Of a DNA stretch of 64,000 nucleotides, positions 51,392 through 62,117 are shown in pieces. Each line of letters opens with the position of its first letter. Within the stretch, counting starts at the first letter, position 1. A program made the translations under genes and the position numbers. Source of the stretch: Cypionkella sp. (lineage in GTDB: Bacteria; Pseudomonadota; Alphaproteobacteria; Rhodobacterales; Rhodobacteraceae); NCBI GenBank assembly GCA_046590425.1, contig JBKJTI010000316.1, positions 4,618-68,617 of the forward strand. Direction: 5' to 3'. The notes under the pieces were generated by a model that was not told the origin of the DNA, searched no databases, and saw only the letters and a list, made by a program, of their open reading frames with translations.

Positions 51392-52786
51392 ATGACCGAC
51401 ACAGCGTTTCTCTTGAACGGAACGCCGGTGCGCATATCAGGCGGCAGCCCGACGCGCACCCTGCTGGACTACCTGCGCGAAGACCAATCGCTCTGCGGCA
51501 CCAAGGAAGGCTGCAACGAAGGCGATTGCGGTGCCTGCACCGTCATGGTCACCGACGCAAACGGCCCCAAAGCCCTCAACGCCTGCATATTATTCCTGCC
51601 CCAACTGCACGGCAAAGCCGTCCGCACCGTCGAAGGCATCTCTGGCCCGAACGGCCAGCTCCACCCCGTCCAAGCCGAGATGATCGCCCACCACGGCAGC
51701 CAATGCGGCTTCTGCACCCCCGGCTTCATCGCCTCCATGGCCACCGCCCACAGCCAGGGCCGTACCGACCACGACACCACCCTCGCCGGAAACCTCTGCC
51801 GCTGCACCGGTTACGCCCCGATCATCCGCGCTGCCATCGCCGCCCAGTCCGCCCCGATCCCCGACTGGATGCAAACCGACCAGCACAACCTGTCGGGCGC
51901 GGTGGGGACGGGGGAGGCGCATAGCCTCCCCGGCGCTTTCCGCCCCACCAACAGCGATGATCTCGCCGACTGGTATGCCCAAAACCCCAATGCCACCCTG
52001 ATCGCCGGGGCCACCGATGTCGGCCTTTGGATCACCAAACACCTCCGCGATCTCGGCCAAATTGCCTTCCTGAACGCCGTCAGCGACCTGCAACAGATCG
52101 AGCATACCCCTGGCCACCTCCATATCGGTGCCGCCGTCACCATCACCCAACTCCGCGAAGCCCTGATACCCCTCCACCCCAGCTTCGCCGAACTGCTGCG
52201 TCGCTACGCCTCGGAACAGGTCCGCAACGCCGCCACAATCGGCGGCAACATCGCCAACGGCTCGCCAATTGGCGACGGCCCGCCCGCCCTGATCGCCCTC
52301 GGTGCCACCCTGCACCTGCGCAAAGGTCCCGATCTCCGCACCATTCCGCTGGAAAACTTCTTCCTCGCCTACCGCAAGCAAGACCGCCAACCCGGCGAGT
52401 TCGTTGCGGGCATCACCATCCCCGCCTGCGCCCCCGACTTGCGCTGCTACAAACTCACCAAACGCTTCGACCAAGACATCTCCGCCGTCCTCGGCTGCTT
52501 CAACATCACCCTTGAAGCCAACCAGATCACCCAAGCCCGCATCGCCTTCGGCGGCATGGCAGGCATCCCCAAACGCGCCACGCATGTCGAAAATGCCATC
52601 CTCAACAAACCCTTCACCCTAGAAACCCTCCACTCCGCCCTTCCCGCCTTCGGAGCCGATTTCCAACCCCTCACCGACATGCGCGCCTCCTCAACCTACC
52701 GCCTCACCACCGCGCAAAACCTGCTGATCCGTTATTTCCACGACCGCAACGGCACCCGCACAAACGTGCTGGAGGTCTCGCTATGA
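51392..52786 (+). CDS. xdhA: Xanthine dehydrogenase small subunit (2Fe-2S/FAD)
   Basis: GTKEGCNEGDCGAC, QCGFCTPG, GNLCRCTGY, GSPIGD, KRFDQDIS. Confidence 0.96.
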   Translation: MTDTAFLLNGTPVRISGGSPTRTLLDYLREDQSLCGTKEGCNEGDCGACTVMVTDANGPKALNACILFLPQLHGKAVRTVEGISGPNGQLHPVQAEMIAHHGSQCGFCTPGFIASMATAHSQGRTDHDTTLAGNLCRCTGYAPIIRAAIAAQSAPIPDWMQTDQHNLSGAVGTGEAHSLPGAFRPTNSDDLADWYAQNPNATLIAGATDVGLWITKHLRDLGQIAFLNAVSDLQQIEHTPGHLHIGAAVTITQLREALIPLHPSFAELLRRYASEQVRNAATIGGNIANGSPIGDGPPALIALGATLHLRKGPDLRTIPLENFFLAYRKQDRQPGEFVAGITIPACAPDLRCYKLTKRFDQDISAVLGCFNITLEANQITQARIAFGGMAGIPKRATHVENAILNKPFTLETLHSALPAFGADFQPLTDMRASSTYRLTTAQNLLIRYFHDRNGTRTNVLEVSL

Positions 52787-55125
52787 CCATGGGCAAACCC
52801 CTCCCACACGATTCTGCCCCGCTGCACGTCACAGGCCAAGCCCGCTATATCGACGATATTCCCCTCCCCGCAGGCACCCTGCACGCGGCCTTTGGTCTCT
52901 CCACCTGCGCCCACGGCAGCATCACCGCCATCGACCTTTCCGCCGTCAAATCCGCCCCCGGCGTGATCAAAGTCTACGCCAGCGCCGACTTCGCCGCGAT
53001 GCCCGATTGCTCGCCCTCCACCCATGACGAACCCCTGCTCGCCGTGGATAAAGTCCACTACGCAGGCCAACCCGTCTTCCTCGTCATCGCCGACACCCAC
53101 CTCAACGCCCGCAAAGCCGCCCGCCTCGGCAAAATCACCTACGCCGACCTCCCCGCCCTGCTGACCGTAGACGAAGCCCTCGCCGCCAATTCCCGCTTCG
53201 AGCAAGGCCCAATCATCTGGACCAAAGGCGACGCCGCCCAAGCCATCGCCACCGCCGCCCAAATCATCGAAGGCGCCATGGAAGTCGGCGGCCAAGAACA
53301 TTTCTACCTCGAAGGCCAGATCGCAGCATGCATCCCACAAGAAGACGGCATGCATGTATATTCTTCCACACAACACCCCACCGAGATTCAACACAAAGTC
53401 GCCCACGCCCTGCACCTGCCGATGTCCGCCGTGCGCGTGGAAACCCGCCGCATGGGCGGAGGCTTCGGCGGTAAAGAAAGCCAAGGCAACGCCCTCGCCA
53501 TCGCCTGCGCCATTGCCGCCCGCGACCTGAACAAGCCCTGCAAAATGCGCTACGACCGCGACGATGATATGATAATCACCGGCAAACGCCACGATCTGCG
53601 CATCACCTACCGCGCTGGCATCGACGCCGCAGGCCGCATCCTCGGCATCGATTTCACCCACCTCGTCCGCTGCGGCTGGGCGCAAGACCTGTCGCTCGCC
53701 GTCGCCGACCGCGCCATGCTGCACGCCGACAACTGCTACCATCTGCCCGACATCCGCATTGAATCGCACCGTCTGAAAACCAACACCCAATCGGCCACCG
53801 CCTATCGCGGCTTCGGAGGACCGCAAGGCATCATCGGGATTGAACGGGTGATCGACCACATCGCCCACGCCCTGAAAAAAGACCCCAATGAGATCCGCAA
53901 ACTCAACTATTACCGCGCAGCCCAGCCCACCGGCCCCGGCACCGGCCACCGCATCGGCTCCACCTATTCCCCCGCCAATTCCGCTCCGCAAACCACCCCC
54001 TATTTCATGGAGGTCGAAGATTTCATCGGCCAGGACATCACCAGCGCGTTGGAGAAATCGAGCAATTACCTAGCCCGCCGTGCCGAAATAGCTGCATGGA
54101 ATAGCACAAACCCAATTCTGAAGCGCGGCATCGCCTTCACCCCGGTCAAGTTCGGCATCTCGTTCACCCTCACATGGCTGAACCAAGCCGGGGCGCTGGT
54201 GCATGTCTACCAAGACGGCTCCATCCACCTCAACCACGGCGGCACCGAGATGGGCCAAGGCCTGAACCAAAAGGTCGCCCAAGTCGCAGCCTCAGTGTTC
54301 GGCGTTGACACCGCGCAAGTGAAAATCACCGCCACCGACACCGCGAAAGTCGCCAACACCTCGGCCACCGCCGCCTCGTCGGGGGCCGATATGAACGGCA
54401 TGGCCGCGCAAAACGCCTGCCAGATCATCCGCGCCCGCATGGCCGATTTCCTTGCCGACAAGCTTGGCACCCACCCCAACGAAGTCCGCTTTGAAAACGG
54501 CACCGTGCGCGCGGGCGGCGAATCCTATTCCTTTGCCCAAATCGCCTCATGGGCCTACCAAGCCCGCATCTCGCTGTCCTCAACCGGCTTCTACGCCACC
54601 CCAAAAATCAACTGGGACCGCATCCGCGGCAAAGGCCGCCCGTTCCTCTACTTCGCCTATGGTGCTGCCATCACCGAAGTCGTGATCGACACCCTCACCG
54701 GCGAAAATCGCATCCTGCGCACCGACATCCTGCATGACGCCGGAACCTCACTGAACCCCGCCCTAGACATCGGCCAAGTCGAAGGCGCTTATGTCCAAGG
54801 TGCCGGATGGCTCACCACCGAGGAACTGGTCTGGAACGCCAAAGGCAGCCTCACCACCCACGCCCCCAGCACCTACAAAATCCCCGCCTGCTCGGACCGC
54901 CCGCCGATCTTCAACGTCGCCCTCTGGGACAAGCCCAACCGCGAGGACACCGTCGGCAAATCCAAAGCCGTGGGCGAGCCCCCCTTCAACCTTGGCATCT
55001 CCGCCTTCCTCGCCCTCGCCGACGCCATCGCTGCCACAGGGGACGGCTCCCGCTACCCAAACCTGGACGCCCCCGCCACCCCCGAACGCATCCTCGCTGC
55101 CGTGCAGGATCAGCGCCATGTTTGA
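52783..55125 (+). CDS. xdhB: Xanthine dehydrogenase molybdopterin subunit
   Basis: QEHFYLE, RMGGGFGGKESQ, AYRGFGGPQG, SKAVGEPP. Confidence 0.97.
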   Translation: MTMGKPLPHDSAPLHVTGQARYIDDIPLPAGTLHAAFGLSTCAHGSITAIDLSAVKSAPGVIKVYASADFAAMPDCSPSTHDEPLLAVDKVHYAGQPVFLVIADTHLNARKAARLGKITYADLPALLTVDEALAANSRFEQGPIIWTKGDAAQAIATAAQIIEGAMEVGGQEHFYLEGQIAACIPQEDGMHVYSSTQHPTEIQHKVAHALHLPMSAVRVETRRMGGGFGGKESQGNALAIACAIAARDLNKPCKMRYDRDDDMIITGKRHDLRITYRAGIDAAGRILGIDFTHLVRCGWAQDLSLAVADRAMLHADNCYHLPDIRIESHRLKTNTQSATAYRGFGGPQGIIGIERVIDHIAHALKKDPNEIRKLNYYRAAQPTGPGTGHRIGSTYSPANSAPQTTPYFMEVEDFIGQDITSALEKSSNYLARRAEIAAWNSTNPILKRGIAFTPVKFGISFTLTWLNQAGALVHVYQDGSIHLNHGGTEMGQGLNQKVAQVAASVFGVDTAQVKITATDTAKVANTSATAASSGADMNGMAAQNACQIIRARMADFLADKLGTHPNEVRFENGTVRAGGESYSFAQIASWAYQARISLSSTGFYATPKINWDRIRGKGRPFLYFAYGAAITEVVIDTLTGENRILRTDILHDAGTSLNPALDIGQVEGAYVQGAGWLTTEELVWNAKGSLTTHAPSTYKIPACSDRPPIFNVALWDKPNREDTVGKSKAVGEPPFNLGISAFLALADAIAATGDGSRYPNLDAPATPERILAAVQDQRHV

Positions 55126-56062
55126 CCTCGCCCAACTCGCCCAAACCGTCGCCCAACACGGCCCCACCGCCCGCGTGGTCATAGCATGCCACCAAGGCTC
55201 CTCCCCCCGCGAAGTCGGGGCCGCCATGCTGGTTTGGGCCACAGGCCAGTCCGGCACCATCGGCGGCGGGGCGCTGGAGCACCAAGCCACCGAACACGCC
55301 CGCAGCCTCCTGCTCACCCACGAAAAATCCATCACCCACAATGCCCTCGGCCCTAAACTCGGCCAATGCTGCGGCGGCGCTGTCACCCTGTTCACTGAAG
55401 TGTTCACCGCCGAAACCCTGCCCGAGACCACTCCCCTGATCGCCCGCCCCACCACCGACCAACCCATGCCGCTCGCCGTAAAACGCCTGCTCGCCATCGC
55501 CCGCAACCAAGGCAACTTGCCTAGCCCGCATCTGCTGCAAGGCTGGATGATCGAACCCCTCGCCAAACCGCAGCGCCAGCTCTGGATCTGGGGCGCAGGC
55601 CATGTCGGCCGCGCCCTCGTCCACACGCTCGCCCCACTCCCAGACCTCCAGATCACATGGATCGACACCGCTCTCACCCGCTTCCCTGACGCTATCCCCG
55701 AAAACACCACCGCTCTGCCCGCCCTAAACCCCGCCAACGCCGTCGCACTCGCCCCCCCAACTGCCGAGCACCTGATCCTCACCTACTCCCACGCCCTAGA
55801 CCTAGACCTTTGCCACCGCCTGCTGCTGCACGGCTTCCAATCCGCAGGCCTGATCGGCTCACAAACCAAATGGGCGCGCTTCCAATCGCGCCTGCGCGCC
55901 CTCGGCCATTCCCCGCAAACCATCGCCAAAATCAGCTGCCCGATCGGCGATCCCAGCCTTGGCAAACATCCGCAAGCCATCGCCATCGGCGTCGCCGCCC
56001 ACCTGCTCCGCCCGTCAGCACAGGCTGCCCACGGCCAAACCGCCCCCAGCCGCAGCGCTTGA
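55118..56062 (+). CDS. xdhC: Xanthine dehydrogenase accessory protein
   Basis: GSSPREVG, GTIGGG.LE, LGQCCGG, GAGHVG, GLIGS. Confidence 0.95.
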   Translation: MFDLAQLAQTVAQHGPTARVVIACHQGSSPREVGAAMLVWATGQSGTIGGGALEHQATEHARSLLLTHEKSITHNALGPKLGQCCGGAVTLFTEVFTAETLPETTPLIARPTTDQPMPLAVKRLLAIARNQGNLPSPHLLQGWMIEPLAKPQRQLWIWGAGHVGRALVHTLAPLPDLQITWIDTALTRFPDAIPENTTALPALNPANAVALAPPTAEHLILTYSHALDLDLCHRLLLHGFQSAGLIGSQTKWARFQSRLRALGHSPQTIAKISCPIGDPSLGKHPQAIAIGVAAHLLRPSAQAAHGQTAPSRSA

Positions 56063-56111
56063 CGCCACCGCGAAAACCCCCATCCCTGCCGCAAACCTTC
56101 AAGGGGCGAAA

Positions 56112-57401
56112 ATGTTTGACCTAATCCTCAGAAACGCCAACCTCCCCGACGGTCGCAAGGGCATCGACATCGCCATCGCGGGCAGCAAAATCGCCGAAAT
56201 CGCCCCCCACATTCAAGCCCCCGCCCGAGAAGAAATCGACGCCACGGGCCGCCTCGCAAGCCCGCCTTTCGTCGATCCCCATTTCCACATGGACGCCACG
56301 CTCTCGCTCGGCCTGCCGCGCATGAACCGCTCGGGAACCCTGCTGGAAGGCATCGCACTTTGGGGCGAACTCCGCCCCACGCTGACCATCGACGCGCTTG
56401 TGACCCGCGCCCTGCGCTACTGTGACCTGGCTGTCACCCAAGGCCTGCTGGCGATCCGCACCCATGTCGATACCTCTGACCCAAAACTCACCACGGTTCA
56501 GGCGATGCTAGAGGTGAAACAAAAGGTCAAATCTTACATAGACTTGCAACTCGTCGCCTTCCCGCAAGACGGCTACTACCGCGCCCCCGAAGGCGTCAAA
56601 TCCCTCACCCGCGCCCTCGACATGGGCGTGGATATCGTCGGCGGCATCCCGCATTTCGAACGCACCATGGCCGAAGGCCAAGCATCGGTTGAAGCCCTCT
56701 GCCGCCTCGCCGCCCAGCGTGGCCTGCCCGTCGACATGCACTGCGATGAGACCGATGACCCCAACTCCCGCCACGTCGAAACCCTCGCAGCCGAGACGAT
56801 CCGCCACGGCTTGCAAGGCCGCGTCGCAGGCGCGCATCTCACCTCGATGCATTCGATGGACAATTACTACGTCTCCAAACTGATCCCGCTGATCGCGGAA
56901 AGCGGCATGAACGTCATCCCCAATCCGCTGATCAACATCATGCTGCAAGGCCGCCACGACAGCTACCCCAAACGCCGCGGCATGACCCGCGTGCCAGAGC
57001 TGATGGCCGCAGGCATCAACGTCTCGTTCGGCCATGATTGCGTGATGGACCCATGGTATGCGATGGGCTCGGGAGACATGCTCGAGGTCGGCCATATGGC
57101 GATCCATACCGCGCAAATGGGCTCGCTTGAGGATAAAACCAAAATCTTCAACGCCCTGACGGTGAACTCGGCCAAAACCATGGGCCTGCAAAACTACGGT
57201 CTGGAAAAAGGCCGCAACGCCGATCTGATCCTGCTACAAGCCCGCGACCCCGCCGAGGCTTTGCGCCTGAAGGCCACCAAACTTCTGGTGATCAAAAGCG
57301 GCAAGATCATCGCCCGCACTCCGGCGCGCGTGGGCGCGTTGTTCTTGGAAGGCCGCCCCGCGCAAATCGACCCTGCGCTCGATTTCGCGCCAGATTACTA
57401 A
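56112..57401 (+). CDS. Amidohydrolase-family cytosine/creatinine deaminase (CodA-like)
   Basis: PFVDPHFHMD, N.SGTLLEGI, AFPQDG, HCDETDD, GHDCVMDPWY. Confidence 0.9.
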   Translation: MFDLILRNANLPDGRKGIDIAIAGSKIAEIAPHIQAPAREEIDATGRLASPPFVDPHFHMDATLSLGLPRMNRSGTLLEGIALWGELRPTLTIDALVTRALRYCDLAVTQGLLAIRTHVDTSDPKLTTVQAMLEVKQKVKSYIDLQLVAFPQDGYYRAPEGVKSLTRALDMGVDIVGGIPHFERTMAEGQASVEALCRLAAQRGLPVDMHCDETDDPNSRHVETLAAETIRHGLQGRVAGAHLTSMHSMDNYYVSKLIPLIAESGMNVIPNPLINIMLQGRHDSYPKRRGMTRVPELMAAGINVSFGHDCVMDPWYAMGSGDMLEVGHMAIHTAQMGSLEDKTKIFNALTVNSAKTMGLQNYGLEKGRNADLILLQARDPAEALRLKATKLLVIKSGKIIARTPARVGALFLEGRPAQIDPALDFAPDY

Positions 57402-57425
57402 CCCAGCACTTGCCGCAATCGAGAA

Positions 57426-57574
57426 GCCTCCGGCGGGAGTATTTCAAAAAGAGCAATTCCCCTAAGCAGTTGCTCTTTCCGAAATACTCTCAGGGGTGAG
57501 GCGAAGCCGAGGGGGCAGACGCCCCCTGATTTATGGCTTCATAAATCGGCCCGATTTATGCCCTTCATAAATCG
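57426..57574. repeat. Composite AAATACTC-family repeat with twin GATTTATG/CATAAATC hairpins
   Basis: Inverted GAGTATTTC..AAGAGCAA / TTGCTCTT..GAAATACTC pair; AGGGGGCAGACGCCCCCT hairpin; two further palindromes at 57528-57574. Confidence 0.8.
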
Positions 57575-58051
57575 CTACCGCCAGACCCCGACATGCACCA
57601 CAGCCGCCTCGTCTTCCAGCATCGGCCCGATCACCTCAACCCGCCGCTGCCCAGCCGCAAACACCACCCGGCAGGGCAAATCCAACGTCGGATTCTCGGG
57701 ATGATTGCCGGTGATCTCTTTCAATCGATGCTCGGACAACCCATACACAACGCGGCGAAGCCCGGTCCAATAGATCGCCCCCGCGCACATCGCGCAGGGC
57801 TCTGCCGAGGTGTAAATCGTGCACTCCCGCAGCAACTCCATCGGCAAAGTCGTCGAGGCCCGTGTCATCAAAACCCGCTCGGCATGGCCTGTCATATCGT
57901 GATCCGGCATGAAGGCGTTGTGCTGTGTCATCAGCACTACGCCATCTGGCCCGACCAAGATCGAGGCAAACGGATGCACCCCCGCCAGCTTGGCCTTTTC
58001 CGATTCCGCAATCGCCAGCCACAGCAGCGCCACATGATCCAGTTCCGCCAT
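57575..58051 (-). CDS. Zinc-dependent nucleoside/nucleobase deaminase
   Basis: HAE and EPCAMC motifs; PF..ILV; AGGAG RBS. Confidence 0.9.
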   Translation of the reverse strand: MAELDHVALLWLAIAESEKAKLAGVHPFASILVGPDGVVLMTQHNAFMPDHDMTGHAERVLMTRASTTLPMELLRECTIYTSAEPCAMCAGAIYWTGLRRVVYGLSEHRLKEITGNHPENPTLDLPCRVVFAAGQRRVEVIGPMLEDEAAVVHVGVWR

Positions 58052-58528
58052 TCGCTTGCTCCTGTTGCGCCCAATCTGTTGGCGGCAGAGTCGCGGCTTC
58101 CCAGCCATCAATCAAGCCCAGTCTCACCCCGAACCTGCATCAAATACCCGCAACTGCTACTGCTTCTGCCTGATAATCAAGCACCCCCTCGCGTCCACCC
58201 TGATCGACGCCTGCACAGAATACCACCTATGCTATTGTTATATCTTAACTATTCTTAACCGCAACTTCGTCATATTTCTCACCCGCCCCTCAAGCCAATG
58301 CTTGCGAGCCCGCTGTTATCCAGTCTAACCTTGATCAGCCCATCTGCGCAAAAATCGGGCATCTGCCGTCCGTCGGGAAACCCCTAAAACCATGCCGCTT
58401 TCAAGAAAAACCAAGGCCATTACCCCGCGAAATCTTGAAAGTCTTTCAACCTCATTCCGCATAGCCACCCCAGCCTTCCACAGTGTCCACTACGCCACCA
58501 CCTCCCAGCCTTAAGGACCAAGCGCCCG

Positions 58529-60085
58529 ATGCAAACGCCGCCCCGCCTCGATCTTTCGGGCATCACCAAACGCTTCCCCGGCGTGCTTGCCAATGATCAG
58601 GTCAGCTTTGCGGTGCAGCCCGGCGAAATCCACGCGCTGCTGGGCGAAAACGGCGCGGGCAAATCCACCCTCGTCAAAATGATCTACGGCATCATGCAGC
58701 CCGACGCGGGCGAGATCCGCTGGAACGGCCAGCACATCACCATCCAAAACCCCAAAGCCGCCCGCAAACTCGGCATCGGCATGGTGTTCCAACATTTCTC
58801 GCTGTTTGAGGCGATGACGGTGCTGGAAAACATCGCCCTCGGCATGGACGCGAAAATCCCCGCCCGCGACCTTGAGGCGAAAATCATCGCCGTTATGCAG
58901 CAATATGGGCTGAAACTCGAACCGCATCGCATCGTCTCCACCCTCTCGGTCGGTGAGCGTCAACGCATTGAAATCGTCCGCGCCTTGCTCTTGAACCCCA
59001 ACCTTCTGATCATGGACGAACCCACTTCCGTCCTCACCCCGCAAGAGGTTGAACAGCTTTTCGTCGTGCTGCGCCAACTGGCGCGCGAAGGCTGCTCGAT
59101 CCTCTACATCTCCCATAAACTTCACGAAATCAAAGCCCTCTGCGACACCGCCACCATCCTGCGCGGCGGTAAATTGGTCGACACCTGCGATCCCGCCGTG
59201 GAAACTTCCCGCTCGATGGCCGAGAAGATGATCGGCGGCAGTCTGAAGGACATCCAACGCGGCGAGGGGCGCACCTTGGGTAGCGCCAAGCTGACCGTCC
59301 AAGGCATGTCTGTCGCAAAAGACGGCCCTTTTGGCGTCGCGTTGAAGGACATCAGCTTTTCAGTCAAAGCCGGCGAAATCTTCGGTATCGCAGGTGTGGC
59401 CGGCAATGGCCAAAACGCCCTCTTGCTCGCCCTGTCCGGCGAAACCCCCTCCACCTCTCCCGACGCCATCCAGATCGACGGCACCCGCGTCGCCCAACTT
59501 ACAGCCAAACAGCGTCGCCTCGCGGGCATGGCCAGCGTGCCCGAAGAACGCAACGGCCACGCCGCAGTGCCCGATTTCAGCCTGTCCGACAACGCCATCC
59601 TGACCGCGCGCGACCGCATGGGTATGGTCGCAGGCGGCATGGTCAACGCCCGCAGCGCAAAAACCTACGCAGGCGAAGTCATCGCCGCTTTCTCGGTCAA
59701 AGCCACCGGCCCGGCCGCGATGGCCGACAGCCTCTCCGGCGGCAACCTGCAAAAATTCATCATGGGCCGCGAAATCATGCAGAAGCCGCAGGTTCTGGTG
59801 GTGAGCCAGCCGACTTGGGGCGTTGATGCCGGGGCCGCCGCCGCCATTCATCAAGCACTGGTTGACCTTGCCGCCACAGGTTCCGCCATCGTGGTGATCA
59901 GCCAAGACCTTGATGAACTCTTGTCGCTCTGCGACACAATCGCGGTGATCAACGAAGGCCGTCTGTCCAAACCCATCCCCGTCGCCGGGGCCAATATCGA
60001 GGAAATCGGCCTATTGATGGGCGGTGTTCACGGTGACCCCAACGCGCCAACCCATATCTCGCCGGAGCTTGCCCATGCGTCTTAA
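58529..60085 (+). CDS. ABC transporter ATP-binding protein (CUT2, nucleoside/purine type)
   Basis: GENGAGKST, DEPT, LSGGNLQK, QPTWGVD. Confidence 0.95.
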   Translation: MQTPPRLDLSGITKRFPGVLANDQVSFAVQPGEIHALLGENGAGKSTLVKMIYGIMQPDAGEIRWNGQHITIQNPKAARKLGIGMVFQHFSLFEAMTVLENIALGMDAKIPARDLEAKIIAVMQQYGLKLEPHRIVSTLSVGERQRIEIVRALLLNPNLLIMDEPTSVLTPQEVEQLFVVLRQLAREGCSILYISHKLHEIKALCDTATILRGGKLVDTCDPAVETSRSMAEKMIGGSLKDIQRGEGRTLGSAKLTVQGMSVAKDGPFGVALKDISFSVKAGEIFGIAGVAGNGQNALLLALSGETPSTSPDAIQIDGTRVAQLTAKQRRLAGMASVPEERNGHAAVPDFSLSDNAILTARDRMGMVAGGMVNARSAKTYAGEVIAAFSVKATGPAAMADSLSGGNLQKFIMGREIMQKPQVLVVSQPTWGVDAGAAAAIHQALVDLAATGSAIVVISQDLDELLSLCDTIAVINEGRLSKPIPVAGANIEEIGLLMGGVHGDPNAPTHISPELAHAS

Positions 60086-61157
60086 GCTGGAAAAGCGCCC
60101 CGCCCCCAGCACCTTCATGCTGATCGCCACCCCGATTGCCTCGGTGCTGCTCACCATGCTGATCGGCGTCATCGTGTTCGACGCCATCGGCATCGAAGGC
60201 GAACGTGCGGTGATCGACATCTTCCTCACCCCGATCCTCGCCAGCTACAAATGGCAAGACGTCGCCGTCAAAGCCGCCCCGCTGATCATCATCGCCCTCG
60301 GCCTCTCTATCGGCAACCGCGCTCAAATCTGGAACATCGGCGCCGAGGGTCAATATGTGCTGGGCGCCCTCGCTGCCGCTGGCGTTGGCCTTGCCGCTGG
60401 CCCCGAGGCCCATAGCGCGACCCTGATCCTGATGATCCTCGCAGGCATCCTTGGGGGTGCCGCTTGGGCCGCGATCCCGGCGCTGCTGAAAACCCGCTGG
60501 GACGTCAACGAAATCCTCACCTCCCTTATGCTCACCTATGTCTCGTTCCAGGTCTTGGGCTACCTCGTCGGCGGCCCGTGGCAAGACCCCAATGGCCGCA
60601 ATTTTCCCGCCACCGCACCCTTGCCGGAAAACCTCACCCTGCCGATCCTGTTCCAAGGTACCACTGTCCACCTCGGCGTCGCCATCGCATTGATCCTGCC
60701 GTTCGTGTTCTGGCTGATCATGTCGCGCTCGGTGTTTGGCTTCCAGATTCGCGTGGTCGGCTCCGCCCCCCACGCCGCCCGCCACGGCGGATTTGACGCC
60801 AAACAAACCATCTGGCTCGCCCTGTTGATCGGCGGCGGCATGGCTGGCCTCGCCGGAGCCCTCGAATTCACCGGAAGCCTGAAAGCCGTCAACCTCGGCT
60901 TTCCGTCTGGTTATGGCTTCACTGCCATCATCGTCGCCTTCCTCGGTCGCCTGCATCCCATCGGCTGCCTGATCGCGGGCTTCGTGCTGGCCGTCACATA
61001 TGTCGGCGGCCAGGTCGCCCAAACCACCGTGCATATCCCGAACTCCACCGCAGGCATCTTCCAAGCGATGATGCTGTTCTTTATCCTCGCCTCAGACATC
61101 CTGATCCGCTACCGCGTCCGCGTCATCCCGTCAAAACCGGCAGGAGCGCGCGCATGA
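60075..61157 (+). CDS. ABC transporter permease
   Basis: WNIGAEGQ, NEILTSLML, GFTAIIVAFLGRLHP. Confidence 0.94.
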   Translation: MRLKLEKRPAPSTFMLIATPIASVLLTMLIGVIVFDAIGIEGERAVIDIFLTPILASYKWQDVAVKAAPLIIIALGLSIGNRAQIWNIGAEGQYVLGALAAAGVGLAAGPEAHSATLILMILAGILGGAAWAAIPALLKTRWDVNEILTSLMLTYVSFQVLGYLVGGPWQDPNGRNFPATAPLPENLTLPILFQGTTVHLGVAIALILPFVFWLIMSRSVFGFQIRVVGSAPHAARHGGFDAKQTIWLALLIGGGMAGLAGALEFTGSLKAVNLGFPSGYGFTAIIVAFLGRLHPIGCLIAGFVLAVTYVGGQVAQTTVHIPNSTAGIFQAMMLFFILASDILIRYRVRVIPSKPAGARA

Positions 61158-62098
61158 GCCCGGAATTCATCATCGCCGCCATTGTCACCATCGTCGGGCT
61201 GACCACGCCGATCCTGCTTGCGGGCCTGGGCGAGCTGATCACCGAGAAATCCGGGGTGCTCAACCTCGGCGTTGAAGGCATGATGCTGATGGGAGCCATA
61301 TCCGGCTTCGTCATCACCGCCCTCACCTTCAACCCATGGGTTGGCGTCATCGGGGCCGCCGCCGGCGGCGCGCTATCGTCGATGCTGTTCGCCGTCCTCG
61401 TGCTGCAACTCAATTCCAACCAGGTCGCCACCGGCCTTGCGCTGTCGATCTTCGGCACCGGCCTGTCATCGCTGATCGGTGTTTCGTTCACTGGGCGCAT
61501 CGTGCCGCAGTTTGGCTCGATTTTCCCCGATGTTCTGGCGAAAGACCCGATCTGGAAGCTGTTCTTCGGCTATTCCCCCCTCGTCTACTTCGCCCTCGCC
61601 ATGGTGCCTTTGACCGCATGGTTCCTGAAATCCACCCGCGCCGGCCTGATCCTGCGCGCGGTCGGTGAAAACGACCATTCCGCCCATTCCATCGGCTATT
61701 CCGTCACCGCAGTGCGCTACGCCGCCATCGCCTTTGGTGGCGCTATGGCAGGCATCGGCGGCGCTTACTTCAGCATGGTGATCACCCCGATGTGGGCCGA
61801 GAAGATGACCGCGGGCCGAGGCTGGATCGCGCTTGCCCTCGTGGTTTTCGCCGGATGGCGCACCGGGCGCTTGCTCGCGGGGGCCTATTTCTTCGGCTTC
61901 CTGATGTGGCTGGAATTGTTTGCCAAGGCCAACGGCTTTGGCAACAGCCTGCCATTTGTCCAAGCGATCCCCTCGCAATTCTGGGCGGCTATGCCATACG
62001 TTATGACAGTGGTGGCCCTGACCCTGATTTCGTCCCGTGGCAATGTCGGGGCCTCTGCCCCCGCCTGCCTCGGCAAACCATTCCTACCCTCTACCTAA
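61154..62098 (+). CDS. ABC transporter permease
   Basis: EKSGVLNLGVEG, NQVATG, GRGWIALA. Confidence 0.94.
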   Translation: MSPEFIIAAIVTIVGLTTPILLAGLGELITEKSGVLNLGVEGMMLMGAISGFVITALTFNPWVGVIGAAAGGALSSMLFAVLVLQLNSNQVATGLALSIFGTGLSSLIGVSFTGRIVPQFGSIFPDVLAKDPIWKLFFGYSPLVYFALAMVPLTAWFLKSTRAGLILRAVGENDHSAHSIGYSVTAVRYAAIAFGGAMAGIGGAYFSMVITPMWAEKMTAGRGWIALALVVFAGWRTGRLLAGAYFFGFLMWLELFAKANGFGNSLPFVQAIPSQFWAAMPYVMTVVALTLISSRGNVGASAPACLGKPFLPST

Positions 62099-62117
62099 CC
62101 ACCAACAGGAGAATAAT

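Noticed and set aside
58248-58262. CtrA box in the deaminase-ABC spacer
   Set aside because: Half-site spacing is N6 rather than N7, and I saw no IHF-like site at +26
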